The notes: generated from the sequence alone by a model not told the origin. A stretch of DNA of 62,559 nt, filler included, from Globobulimina sp. (GCA_003354225.1; 43 parts of 43 records of this genome joined end to end with filler, not necessarily neighbours in it); one strand, 5' to 3'; shown: positions 38,263 to 51,226, counted from the first letter of the whole stretch. Program-made: numbers and translations.

Positions 38263-39069
38263 TTAACATTTCATGTTTTTCGCTACAAAATGTGCGAAAT
38301 GCGTAAATCGGCGGTCTTTAATAGACTGTGGTTTGCATATTTGAACATGGTCGTGATCCAATAATAGTGGTTCCTCATATTTTTCATCCAAACCACACAC
38401 CGCATCATCTGGTTCGACAATTTTCTTTCCAATTAATGGCAATGGCTGTCCTTCCTTAATAGACAAAATTCGAATTTTTGTATTAGGTCCTTTACAAATT
38501 AAGTTTTTAAACTCGTTTTGTAAATTGGTTAAAAAAGGACTGCCTTTTTGCAATGTTTCGATAATATCTGTGGTTAATTGAGCATTAAAACAAATCAAGT
38601 TCACGTAATTGAGGGTATTTGCTAATGCAGAGCCAAGATGTGGCGTTGAATAGAATGTGATGCTTCGTGTTCGATCATAAATTGTTTTGATATCACTGAA
38701 TGAATCCTGGTCTGCATCATACGACATCGATGCTGTTATCAATGCTTGTTTTACTACTAATCCACCCATTGAATGACAAATAAAATGAATGGATTTACCA
38801 TTATCAATTTCATCAATCAAACCATATAAAAAATTCTCTGCGCGATGTTCAACGGGTAAGGGATGTTTGGTGGATATCAATTTTAACGAATTATTTTGAT
38901 ATTGGTATAGAATTATTTTACTTCGTGGAAATGTTGATCGTATGCAATCTTGGTACATTTTTCTGGGGTCTTGGTGTGTAAATGTGTCACTGTTGCCATC
39001 CAAACCAGGCAATAATACAAAATTTATGTCTGCATCTTCTTCTGTGGGATTGCTACAACTAAATGTCAT
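38263..39069 (-). CDS. SERAC1-like alpha/beta hydrolase
   Basis: FICHSMGGLVVKQAL, FYSTPHLGS, DHVQICKP. Confidence 0.85.
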   Translation of the reverse strand: MTFSCSNPTEEDADINFVLLPGLDGNSDTFTHQDPRKMYQDCIRSTFPRSKIILYQYQNNSLKLISTKHPLPVEHRAENFLYGLIDEIDNGKSIHFICHSMGGLVVKQALITASMSYDADQDSFSDIKTIYDRTRSITFYSTPHLGSALANTLNYVNLICFNAQLTTDIIETLQKGSPFLTNLQNEFKNLICKGPNTKIRILSIKEGQPLPLIGKKIVEPDDAVCGLDEKYEEPLLLDHDHVQICKPQSIKDRRFTHFAHFVAKNMKC

Positions 39070-39354
39070 TTCTATTGCAAATGTGGCAAGAAAGCGGAAA
39101 AACTATCTGTTAACTAAGATAAAAAACACCTTAAATAAATCTTTTTATTCGCGTTGACGGGATTAATCAGACCATCTAAATAACGGTTATATTGAAACAT
39201 GTGTGTTGCGTTATATTTAAACTGATGTCAGATCAGTACAGATCGTTTAGATATNNNNNNNNNNNNNNNNNNNNNNNNNNNNNNNNNNNNNNNNNNNNTT
39301 AATTAATTAANNNNNNNNNNNNNNNNNNNNNNNNNNNNNNNNNNNNNNNNNNNN

Positions 39355-39581
39355 GAGCCAGTGCATATTACAAAGCAAATACATTTGAAAATAATGACCG
39401 TATTACTGACCGTTCTTTGCGGTATATAGCAAATACCGCGTTGTCACCAATAACAGTTAGAACACCAATATTGGAGGAAATGAATACAATGGATATCACA
39501 GAAACGGATTTTACCAATGAACAAATTAATAAATATATGAAAAAAATGTATAATACTGAGACACCAAAGACTAATAAGTAG
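39355..39581 (+). CDS. 3' end of hypothetical protein
   Basis: Open frame from contig edge to TAG. Confidence 0.4.
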
Positions 39582-39774
39582 AAATATTATTTTTTTTAAC
39601 ATGGGGGTGTACATTGTGTACATATGTTAATTAATTAGTTGTACAGTACATAAATTTGCGCGAAACAAAGAGTATTTTTAAGATAGTCATGTTTGATATT
39701 ATCCAGATCTTCGATCCGAAAAAACCTTTTTTTAAGTGAACTAGTCATCGTTTTCCAGACTTGAATTGCAAACA

Positions 39775-40696
39775 ATGTACAGACCTTCGGCAAATTCAGG
39801 AGTCTACGGTTCCTTCTGTTATTATGCCACAGCAGAGGAAGCATTGGGAATACCCCTTATTATGAATAATATTAATTATCCTATTCTACCAATTCAGACA
39901 GAAAAATATTATCAAGTGCCGCTCAATATGAACAATTTTGGTAGTTATCCTATTCTACCAATTGACTCTGATCCAACGCCAATCATTAACATTAAAAAAA
40001 TATCAAAAATGGTTTCCACTCACCGTACAATGTCGAGTGCAGTGGGTGCCTTTGCCAAAAAATTACCATTCTCACGCGTAACAAATTATATTATTGCTAA
40101 AAATATGATTCGTGATTTAATAAACAATGCATCCATAACTTTAATAAATGATGTCGATAAAAATGAATATAACACACCAATTGGAGGCATTGATGATATT
40201 TTTGCTTCATTTTCGTCCACAACGTTGCAGAAATTAGAATCTGTTGGGGATACCAAAGAAAAACAAGTAGACATCGAAGAGGAAGAGGAAGAGGAAAAGC
40301 AAGATGGTAAACGGGTATATTTTATTGGTGGTAATTGGAAATGTAATGGAACAATGAAATCGGTTTCTGACTTAACGGACAGCCTTTCGCGTATTGATAC
40401 ATCCAGAGTTAAATAGCAAATCTGCAATACATCTGACAGTTTGTTATAAAATACTATATATACAGGTTAATGTATTAATTGCCCCCTTATACATTCATAT
40501 CCCTTTGATTCAATCCAAATTATACAACAAAAGTAATATCATTATCTATTCTCAAAATGTATCTGCTACAAAAACGGGTGCTTTTACGGGTGAGATTGCA
40601 GCCAAACACTTGCAAGACATGCATGTAACAGCCACGTTAATTGGACACAGCGAGAGACGTAAATATTATGGAGAAACGAATGAAATTATTACTTGA
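39775..40696 (+). CDS. TPI: Triosephosphate isomerase with long N-terminal extension, truncated; intron 40408-40465
   Basis: FIGGNWKCNG, SQNV..GAFTGEI, LIGHSERR..GET. Confidence 0.85.
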
Positions 40697-40811
40697 TACC
40701 CATACTTTTATNNNNNNNNNNNNNNNNNNNNNNNNNNNNNNNNNNNNNNNNNNNNTTAATTAATTAANNNNNNNNNNNNNNNNNNNNNNNNNNNNNNNNN
40801 NNNNNNNNNNN

Positions 40812-42168
40812 GATATACGGAGTCGTCTTCTTGCAGGTTCTGTCTGGCAATTTGCGGCGTTTATTATCGTCGGTAGACATAATAATGACTTAGTTGTAAC
40901 GCGGGGATTACAAACTGACTAAAGCAAAAATACGAGCACTGATAATATGTATATATAATAAAGTAAATAAATACCTGAGCACCATCATTTGGCTGGGACA
41001 CTGTATCCACATATTCTCGTCAATAAAGGCATTCAACGCTTCTTCAGGCTCTTGTTCTTCCTTATCGTTCTTCTTTTTGTCTGCCTCATCAATAGCTGCC
41101 TGAGCTTCGGCTGCTTTTCTCTTCCTCTTTTCTTCTTTCCTCTTCTTTTTCCTCTCCGAAAGATCGATGTCTAGGAATCTCCAGCGACGCATTCGTACAG
41201 CAGTGTCACTTCACGAGCTAAAGGATCATAGCGATGAAAGCAACGACAACGAATATGAACCACTGCAACAGTTACAACTATCACTTATTACACATTCGCT
41301 GGGCTCGCATCCAGATTCTATGTCGTTTGCAAGTTCAAGGCCGAATCTGTTGAATGAATGTCATAAATATTGTGCATACGGCGGACATTTGACCATTGTT
41401 TGTTGTTGCATTCGATAAATTAAACAAAGTGAGAGTGAATCGCTAGATGAAGAATTAAATGCAAGTTAGAAAAGAAAAGAAAAGAATGTATCATGTAATA
41501 ATTATTAGTTTGAAATTGTGAAAAATCTAAGTACGTTACGTACAAAAATAAATAAAACACAATCAAATAAAAATATATATACAAAGCGATGTTTTTTAAA
41601 TCTAATTTGAACTAATGAGTGGGAACATAAGATCTTTGAGCTGTGGTAAATTTACAATGTGGACAGGCATACGGTTTTAATTTCAAATGTACTGCATTTA
41701 CATGTTTTTTTACATTGTATTTATTTGCAAATGTTTGATCACACTGATCACATTTTAATCACACTGATCACCATGAGTCCCTTCCCAAATTTCCTGTGGA
41801 GCTTTTTTAAATATTTAGTTTTATTTGTTCAATCTATTTATTACTAATTGTACTATAATTTATACCTTGTGTGAATTCATAACCGTTCCACTGTTTTTCT
41901 GCAAGAAGTAAATGCGGAGAATGACTGTGACTGTCAATCACCTTTGCAATTACCACCGGCGAGTAACACCTAGGACAGAATAAGGGATAAAATAAACAAA
42001 CCTTGTTCTTCTTCTTCTTATCCTTCGTATTCGTATCCGTATCGTCGGAGATATACGGAGTCGTCTTCTTGCAGGTTCTGTCTGGCAATTTGCGGCGTTT
42101 ATTATCGTCGGTAGACATAATAATGACTTAGTTGTAACGCGGGGATTACAAACTGACTAAAGCAAAAA
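40812..42168. repeat. Contig with identical 119-bp terminal direct repeat (1238-bp circle or tandem unit)
   Basis: 40812-40930 identical to 42050-42168. Confidence 0.9.
41612..41758 (-). pseudogene. C2H2 zinc-finger fragment
   Basis: KCDQCDQTFANKYNVKKHVNAVHLKLKPYACPHCKFTTAQRSYVPTH*, flanked by stops. Confidence 0.7.
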
Positions 42169-42268
42169 NNNNNNNNNNNNNNNNNNNNNNNNNNNNNNNN
42201 NNNNNNNNNNNNTTAATTAATTAANNNNNNNNNNNNNNNNNNNNNNNNNNNNNNNNNNNNNNNNNNNN

Positions 42269-43614
42269 TTGGATGGAAACGATGCAAAGTGTTATCCATG
42301 GCATTGATATTTGTTTTTGGATTTCTACTTATTATCATTGGATGGATAATTAATTATGGCTTGATATGGTTTGTGGGGGCTGTATTTATGTTATATTATG
42401 TAATTAATATATTGTTAACCACAAAGCCCAGAGGCGTTTATTATTTATGGAAATGCGATATAAACGCATTAGAATTAAATATGGTGGAACCTCAGCCGGA
42501 GGACAGTAATACTAATTTTGCTGCAGCACCCAGTCATGGCACAGATATGACACATTTAACACATGGACAATTAAAAAAATTATTATCAAGACATATTTCC
42601 ATAAATGACAACGCTGTAATTGAGCTTCAAGAGTTCGATGACAATGTTTTAGAAAAGAAGCTCGAGATTGCAATGCAAAATGATGAGGATGTGACTCAAT
42701 TATTTTGCAAACTGCATAAAAAAATAACTGATGATAGGAAAGCATTATATGCAGAGAGAGATAAATTAAATTGCAGTCAGAGAGTTTGTCGTCGCTATGC
42801 GTTATTATTTAATTTTATTTATTCTGTACTTAAACAATACAAAGCATATTGGTTTTTAATATTGCCATATCATTATAAACTGAGACCGTTATCAGTGTGT
42901 CCAACGGGAAACAGTTCCGTTTTAGAAACGATTTTTAAATTTGATTATAAAAATCACAGCATTACAGAAAGCGTATCAATCGCATGTCGTTCAACATGGA
43001 ATGGTATTCGAGGCTTTATTTGTTGTTTAGTAACAGTAATATTGTTATTTTTAATGTTATGGCTGAGTATAAATATCAATATATCAGAAAACAGCGATGA
43101 AACTGCAATAATAACGGACATGTCATCCATTACAGCATATCACGCATATCCTATCTGTGATATTAATTGGAATGCAAACTTATCTGTTTTGGACCTAACC
43201 TCATTATCACATTTTTCGCATGAAATTGCAAAGAGAGAACATATCCTATCAATGCAAGATATGATATGTTTATATTTTGATGGAAGATGGAATGCAATGA
43301 ATTCAACAAATAAATGTCAGTGGGAAGTTATATATCTTTCGCGGACGGAACCAGTATTTATGCATTTGAGACATAAACAAAACAGAACTGATGTTTTAGC
43401 GATTCGTGGGACAGAATCTATCCTCGATCAACTGCAAGATTTTAATTTGTTTAATGAAGTTATGTTGTTACAAACATTTAGTTGGATTTTACCGGTGACC
43501 TCCTTATTGCCGCAATCATTTATTATTCAAATTGTATACGCGATGAGTTTTTTTGAAGGACGTATTAATATCTATATCTCCGTGATTACATTTATCGTAA
43601 GAAAATTAATCTGA
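42269..43614 (+). CDS. Multi-pass membrane protein with class 3 lipase domain (internal fragment)
   Basis: TM segments, YPIC..LSVLDL, DVLAIRGT..DQLQDFNLF. Confidence 0.7.
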
Positions 43615-43728
43615 ACGGTTGCCTGNNNNNNNNNNNNNNNNNNNNNNNNNNNNNNNNNNNNNNNNNNNNTTAATTAATTAANNNNNNNNNNNNNNNNNNN
43701 NNNNNNNNNNNNNNNNNNNNNNNNNTTC

Positions 43729-43783
43729 TATCCTCGCACATAAAGGGGATCTTCCAACAAATTGTACACTGAGTGCGAGGATA
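43729..43783. promoter_or_regulatory. Inverted pair of TATCCTCGCAC motif upstream of ATG 43860
   Basis: 43729-43739 (+) and 43773-43783 (-); same 11-mer in five other contigs. Confidence 0.6.
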
Positions 43784-43859
43784 CAAAAAATAGAACACTT
43801 ATTGAGAAATGACCGCATGCTCTTAAAACAGTCTAAAATCGTATTGTACTCAAGACTTA

Positions 43860-45082
43860 ATGTCAGCGCTGACTGTAGAAGAACAATTAAGCATTTTAGC
43901 AGATTTGTTATGTAAACCATTGCAACTCACTCAACACTCAGACCACCACTCAGCACCATTATACCTGTATGAATTAACAAAGATTATACGACTTTATGTG
44001 GCGGCATTATATTATTGCGATAACAAATTAATTGTTGGCACCTCAACTGACCACATCATGCGAATACATTTAAGCAACAAAAATGATGAATTATTTGTGA
44101 CTGATTTTAAAAATATTTATAAAATGACTGAAATAAATACAAATAAAAAGAAAAAGAAACAAGAAAATATTTACAAAGCAAAAATATCAAAAATAAAATC
44201 AAAAAAATTATTACATCGCACAATATCAAAGAGAAAAATGTGTCCATTCTTTAAATGCAAAGTGGTGACAACAACAAAAATCGATGAAAACTTTGAAATT
44301 GATGGAGAGAACAATATATTTTATGTGTTAGGCGTTGGATTTTTTAAGGAGGCAATATTTGTTTTGAGAGCAAAGCCTGAAAAGGACTCTCATGGAAAGA
44401 ATGAAAATGAATATCTAAAACCTCGCAGAATCCACACATTTGGCAATGGCGAAGGAAATCGAATTTTGTCCGTAAATCCAAGAAGTTCCACACACAAAAA
44501 AAACAAATACGTCACTTTGCATTGTCGGGCATTGAATAAATTTTTTAGAATGAAATATTGTGTAAAAACGCATGATTTACAGATTGAAGAATGGCGGATT
44601 TCTGCGGATTTCCTTCGTATTCAATGGTTGATATCGTATCCATTTAACAATAATTTATGCTTTGCATTGGTTGTGGATTGGGGCATTAATATGGTTCTAT
44701 TGTATGGAATATTGTTGTTTCGACAGAATGCGTCGTGTAAAACCTTTGAAATATTTCGGTTTAAATTGAGAGAGTTTGCCCAGAAAGACAAAGGACGGAA
44801 ACATCATTGTTATTCAATGTGTTATCTACAAAATATGAACAAACTTTGTGTTGTGATCGAAGCGGAATGTTTTTTGATTTATTTTGATGAGAATGTTATT
44901 AAAGAAAAGGATTTGAATGATGCGGATAATAAATTAATAGAATTACAATCGTCGTGGAACAAATATAATATTGGTATGTTAACACAGAGAGATATTAATA
45001 ATGTTAATATTAATGGAGGAGCACACTATTTTTATCCCAAAAGTATTGCCCAATATAAAGATACTAATTTTGTGATTGGAGT
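43860..45082 (+). CDS. Hypothetical beta-rich protein, 3' partial
   Basis: Long ORF from ATG, no confident domain. Confidence 0.55.
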
Positions 45083-45350
45083 NNNNNNNNNNNNNNNNNN
45101 NNNNNNNNNNNNNNNNNNNNNNNNNNTTAATTAATTAANNNNNNNNNNNNNNNNNNNNNNNNNNNNNNNNNNNNNNNNNNNNAATTGAAACAATTTGAAT
45201 ATATTCATGAAAGGAAACAAATTGGATGTAAAGAAGCATTGCTAATTCAAAAAATATAAAAAACTCTACTCTATACTTTTATAATTTTTGTTGTTGTGTT
45301 TTAATTTTTTTGCGATGTACATAATTATAAACAAAATATAAATTTAATAA

Positions 45351-46539
45351 TTAGCCAGTAACAAGATTGGCGGTAATAGCAGAGATTAAATTGGGTGTAA
45401 TAAATATCAACAAAGCAATGCACACCACACAACATAAAATCATTACAATTTTACAACACAGCCGATCGCCTAACAAGTTCCTGAGTGATTTGCATGGACT
45501 GAAAATGGAAAATTTGGCTCTCCCCTCCGGTTCAGGAAGATGTGGATTGCTGTTCGGGTCATCCCGTCCAAATCCAGCCGGCAACATCTTGGCGATCCGA
45601 TTTGGTAACAACTCAAATGATAATTGTATTTTGCCGCCGCCCTTTTCCTTCAAATCAATCCAAAACTTGTCCTCGCCATTCAGAGTCAACACGCACCGTT
45701 TGTCACAACTATATTTCTCGCAATATCGCAAAAAAGGTTGCAGCGGAATGGTCGCCTCCGAAATGTTGTCATTTGGACTAAAAAAGTCTTTGTCCCATAT
45801 TTGAATCTGGAAACTGTGATATTGCGCCACTTTCTCTTTCGGCAAAGCCACCGCAAACTTCATGCGCCAATTAAACGAACCGCAGCCACTTTGCGAACGG
45901 AAGTGCAGATCCGTTTGTTGCAGCGACTCTTCTTCCTCTTCAGTCGTCACTAACTCGCCGGTGATGTACAAATCGTTCATATTCGTCGTGGCGTCCATCA
46001 CCGGACAGTCTTTGCACTGCCACACAATGACTCGCAATTCGTAGCCATCGCGAGCCGGCGGTCGGATATCGATCATCGGATACTTCTTAGCCTCGGCCGG
46101 TGTGACCAGCTCCATCCACAGCGAGAGCTTTCCCTGCGACACCGTCGACTGATCACTCCATAAACTGCGCGTTTCCACCGCTTTCAACGGCATCTCTCGC
46201 CATGCTTTGCTGTACCACCGGTCCTCGATATCAATGCGCGTCTTTCCAATCAAGTCATCGCCGATTCCGTCCCAATCCCAGACTGCAATGTCCATCTTAC
46301 AAACACCCGGCATCACCACCGGAACTTCGAACGAGTGATAAAAGCCCGGCTCCAACGTATTGCCGATGTAATCGTTGCGCGTCGAAATCTTTGTCTTTCC
46401 TATTTTGAGCACCAAGTATGGGTCGGACAAACCGTTCAAATCCCGAGGAATCAGCTTCATTCCTCGCAAAATGTACAGCCGCAAATACAGATTGCGAGCT
46501 TTTGTGATCTCGCCCAAATATTCGAAATTCGAGTTTGGA
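45351..46539 (-). CDS. Ferlin-family protein C-terminus (two C2 domains and tail anchor)
   Basis: DLNGLSDPY, VWDWD..DDLIGKTRIDIEDRW, YELRVIVW, TDLHFRS..GSFNWR, AGFGRDDPN, C-terminal TM. Confidence 0.92.
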
Positions 46540-46639
46540 NNNNNNNNNNNNNNNNNNNNNNNNNNNNNNNNNNNNNNNNNNNNTTAATTAATTAANNNNN
46601 NNNNNNNNNNNNNNNNNNNNNNNNNNNNNNNNNNNNNNN

Positions 46640-46859
46640 CGTATGAGTGAAGAATTGTAATTTTATCTTTTGCATTTGCTACGAAATCTGCCCAAGCAAA
46701 TGCATTCCGAGCACAGTTTGAATCATCCACAGCGACCACATATTGTAAGCTCTTTTTTTTGTTATCTAATTTTAATTTAGGCCTTTTTCGTACAATTTGA
46801 AACGAATTTATTTGCTAAAACTGTACAGTTACATACATTCTGTTGAATGGCACTGCCAT
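46640..46859 (-). CDS. Universal stress protein (USP) N-terminus, one intron
   Basis: YVVAVDDSNCARNAFAWA..DKITILH. Confidence 0.75.
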
Positions 46860-47100
46860 GTTCCTTTTTTGTTGTGTGTAGTGAAAGTAGGAAAGGATGA
46901 AAAATGGTTGTTGTTGATTAGTATTAACGTTTTCGGCAGCTTACACATAAACAAATATTTCACTATTAATTATCCTCGCACTGCATATAAATATTAAAAA
47001 TAGCGCTACGTTGCGGATTTTTTCTGCATAATAATAGAAATTAATAAAGAAGCAGCACAGTACCAACAACAACAAACGATCAAAAGACAAACTTACGCAA

Positions 47101-47996
47101 TCATTGAATGTTTTTAATGACAAAGAATCGACCCTGGCCAGAAACGGCAGCACCTTCTTCTTGATAATATTTCAAACTTTTAAAATGTAACAATAAATCT
47201 CTCCGATCCTCAAAATCGTGAACACCAAATGAACGCAAATCGCCTTGATCTAATTGTGGGATATTATCGGCTTTGACATTATCATTCTGAAATCCATTAA
47301 TTATTCCTTTTGTATATTTCGAATATCTCCCATTTTCCAAACCATTTAACCAAATCTGAGCCGTTTTTAAGTCCCAACCCACATAATTTGTCATATCCGC
47401 CTTCATAACGCTTCGTAAATATTTTTGTGACTCATTCATTAAATTCTCACTCTGTTGATATAATTTATAAATATTTTTCATTTCGTTTTTTAATATTTTT
47501 ATGTTTTCATCCATTCGACACAATGTATTCACATTTGTTGTTTTATTTATTGCTGTTTTTGAATATTTATAATTCAACGAATGGATGAATTGCTTCATAT
47601 GTTGACCGCAAATGGCTAAATAATTCATATCAATTTGGTGAAATAGATTTTCTTCTTTTTCATTTTCTTTTTTTTCTTCCAATCCATTAAAAACATGCAT
47701 GTAAGATACCAATTTAATTTTTATTTTATTCCTCAACATTACCGCCAATCGATATTGTTTTTTTGCTACATTTTCATATGCAATGCCGATAAATGTGTTA
47801 TTGCGACTAAATCCAATCACTTGTTTATCCAAATCTAAATGCACTGTGATAATGTCACCCGCATTAAATTGCTGTTGCGCGCCGTGTGAAGGATATTTTT
47901 TACATTTATTGCAGTTGGATGAGAACTTTCCATGATATCCATAATAACCATAACATATATTACTGTGGGACTTATTATTCCAAAACATGGTCGAAC
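47101..47996 (-). CDS. SPRY + SAM domain protein, 3' part
   Basis: FNAGDIITVHLDLDKQVIGFSRN..YRLAV; WDLKTAQIWL..LDQGDLRSFGV. Confidence 0.75.
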
Positions 47997-48096
47997 NNNN
48001 NNNNNNNNNNNNNNNNNNNNNNNNNNNNNNNNNNNNNNNNTTAATTAATTAANNNNNNNNNNNNNNNNNNNNNNNNNNNNNNNNNNNNNNNNNNNN

Positions 48097-48286
48097 AGCA
48101 AACTCTAAAATGATTGTTTGATATCTTATAATATTCACATTGTCTCCATATAGCACACAAATAAAATGGTGTTTCATCTTTTGCATATTGTTTAAAACAG
48201 CACATGCAATCTGTTTGTTTAGTACGGTATGGTTTTAGTGGCTTTCCACAATAACAAACCGAATTGACGTTTTCTTTATTATCCAT
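48097..48286 (-). CDS. Cys-rich protein N-terminus
   Basis: CYCGKPL..CMCC..YLC..C, open to contig edge. Confidence 0.45.
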
Positions 48287-48409
48287 GGTTTAAATGTTTT
48301 TCTCACAAAATTACTGTTTGCTTAATTCAAGTATAAGCTCACGATGAATTACAAACCGTTATAACCATCACAAAAAAAAACAAAATTTACAACACACAAA
48401 AAAATACAA

Positions 48410-49453
48410 TCATAAAAAATCACCATAATAAACATGTTGACATTTGACAATTTGTTTCATTCGTTCACAATCATTTTTATTTAAAACATCAATTCTAATT
48501 CTTCCACCTTCTGCATTTTCTTTACCTTTTGAATATTCATCACCGTCGCCTTTACCACCTTTATTAATAATTTTACATTGTTTCAAATACTCATTTTTAC
48601 AGCCAAACGACAAACATTTTAACCATAAAATACCGCCACTTCCACCCGCGCCATGAATTGATGTTTGTCCACTTGCACTTAACACACATCCCTTACCTTT
48701 AAATATCAATTTATTACATTCAATGTTCAATATTCCGCCACCAATACCACCCGGAAAAAATCTATTCGCTGTACTTGTTATTCCACCACCACCCGAACCT
48801 AAGATCAATTTCTTACTCATTTTCTCATCGCCAAGTCCTATAAAAATATAAATAAAAATAAAAATCCGACAAAATCAGACCTAAAAAAAACAAAAAACAC
48901 TACCTTTACTGACATACAACCCGCCCGTAGCACTCGTCCATTCCCCGGCCTCTCCCCCACTGTCATTGACACCCATTCCCTTTCCACCTTTGACCCCTTT
49001 CCCAAAGCCACCGGGATAGCCGCATGCTTTTACACTTATTTTGCTGCCTTCATTCATGATAATATTGCCACACACTTTCAACAATAAGACACCTCCATTT
49101 CCATCCAAATTGGTATATTCCTGTAATTTTGCTTTGGTTTTCCAAACATCGACGGTTAATGTTGCTTTTTTTTTCAATATAATTGATTCGAATTCGTATA
49201 ATTGGTTGGATCGCAATGTGTGGATCTTATTCGCTTTGACAGTTAATACCCCATCATCTCCATAGCCAAATATTGGACAATATTTACAAATCATTATATA
49301 GAATTCAATATTTTTATATTTGCTTTGATTTGCCGATATTTTATATTTACGACACCAATTCGATACAATTAATTCGACATAACCGGCGTTTATATCCTTT
49401 AATTTCTGACTCTTTTGTTTTTTCTTTTTTTTGTTATTTTTCGCTTTGGTTGG
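48410..49453 (-). CDS. Glycine-rich (GxGG repeat) protein, 3' part, one intron near 48838-48920
   Basis: GYGDDGVLTV..GNGGVLLL..GYPGG / LGSGGGG..GGIGGG..GAGGSGG..GGRIRI. Confidence 0.7.
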
Positions 49454-49553
49454 NNNNNNNNNNNNNNNNNNNNNNNNNNNNNNNNNNNNNNNNNNNNTTA
49501 ATTAATTAANNNNNNNNNNNNNNNNNNNNNNNNNNNNNNNNNNNNNNNNNNNN

Positions 49554-50076
49554 TACAATGAAACATTTCGCAACAGACAGTGAGAGAAAGCAACATGTTT
49601 TTGATGAAATGACGCAATGTTTCAAAAGTGACGAAATCGCAAATGTGATTTATGAAACAAAGGAAGAAGATGTACTGGATGTTGGTATATATGATCGGGA
49701 TCAATTAAATTCGTGGTCGAATAAGTCAAAAAATGCGGTGTTGGCGGGGGACAGTGCACATCCAATGACTCCATTTTTAGGGCAAGGATGCAACACAGCA
49801 ATTACTGATACCTTCATTTTTTGCAAATTATTGGAACGATATCAATATGATGTTCGGAAATTGAGTGACATTATTAATGAATATGAAACCAACCGAATGG
49901 AAACAGTATATTCAAAAATTGTGTATCCATCGCGGAAAATGGCACAACGAACAATGTCCACATCGTCTTTGATGCAATTGGCTTTTCAAACGTTTCTGAG
50001 ATTTGCTCCAGAACAACGTCTTGCTGTAGTCATGAAAAACTCTACCAAAGTAAATGACATTTCCGATTTCTTGTAA
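49554..50076 (+). CDS. FAD-dependent monooxygenase, C-terminus
   Basis: VLAGDSAHPMTPFLGQGCNTAITD. Confidence 0.9.
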
Positions 50077-50134
50077 AAAGATTTATTTAGAAATTTAAAA
50101 CTTTACTCAGTTTACTGCTCTTTTTTTTTGGATC

Positions 50135-50895
50135 ATGGGCGTGTCTGAGAATTTACCGTGCGATTGTGCAGCATTGGGGACAATAGCAGCAATTGTAGGG
50201 CTAGCATTAAACACATACTCTTCGGGAGAGATAGAATTGGCCTCAGACACATTCAGTTTAAAATGTGGATGGGATCAGGCTCGATTTAGTGTTGCCGAAA
50301 AAGAATTTATATTTCCATATCGCGATTACACCAAATCTGAACAATGCATAGCCGCCGATGCTATAAATTCACAGGATTTCGATGTGACTGTTTGTGACCA
50401 AACTACATTTATTATTGGTATGGTATACTTAATTTGTGGCATTTTAGGCACATTGATCACAACCATATCAGTTACATCGCAAGCGCCTAAATTTGCGGCC
50501 AAAAGTTGAGTACTTCGCTGTTATAAATCGCAAATACGCATAATATATACAATGAGATGTTATTTTGTGTGACAGAAACGACAGTATTCCGTATTGGATT
50601 ATTCCTATCCGGCGCTCTATATATTGCTGGATCGTTTGGCTGGTGGCAATATTCAGCTTGCAATGACTATCATGATTTGGCGAGAACAAGGGTCGGTGTT
50701 GGATTATCATGGTATTTGATCGGATTTGGTGGCGCATTGAATATGTTAGGATCCATGTTATCGTTTCAAAACCCTGATGCACGGCTGAAAGTTGTGAAAG
50801 CCAAAAAACGTAGAAAAGCAAGGCAGTCCACAAATTTTGCATTAATGACTGCTGCCACTGCTTCGCTGATAAGTAAGGATTCAATGCAAATGTAA
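50135..50895 (+). CDS. Four-TM claudin-like membrane protein; intron 50505-50575
   Basis: Four hydrophobic helices, Cys-containing first loop, GLSWYL before TM4. Confidence 0.65.
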
Positions 50896-51152
50896 TTTTT
50901 GTTTGTTTGTNNNNNNNNNNNNNNNNNNNNNNNNNNNNNNNNNNNNNNNNNNNNTTAATTAATTAANNNNNNNNNNNNNNNNNNNNNNNNNNNNNNNNNN
51001 NNNNNNNNNNTCTGATAAAATATCATTATTTATGTTGCTGTTATTTATATTTTCATTGTTGTTGTTTATCTGTATTGGATATTTTATGCCATTTGATAAC
51101 TTATTGATATCCAATTTTTGTGTCATCTAATTTTTGATCCATTTTACGATGT

Positions 51153-51226
51153 TGGGGCCGCCTCAGGCTTTGAACCTGAATCTCTGGATATATCTATCCA
51201 GTGCTCTACTTGAGCTAGACAGGGGT
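51153..51226 (-). ncRNA. tRNA-like element copy 3
   Basis: CTGTC-TA-GCTC AAGTA GAGC-A-CTGGATA GATA TATCCAG-AGAT-TCAGG TTCAAAG CCTGA-GGCGG. Confidence 0.7.

Noticed and set aside
40058-40130. Histone H3-like KKLPFSR in the TPI extension
   Set aside because: Match is too short and the rest of the histone fold is absent
1176-40696. Genome-wide TGA=Trp code
   Set aside because: TGA ends several conserved genes at the expected place and Trp is encoded by TGG throughout
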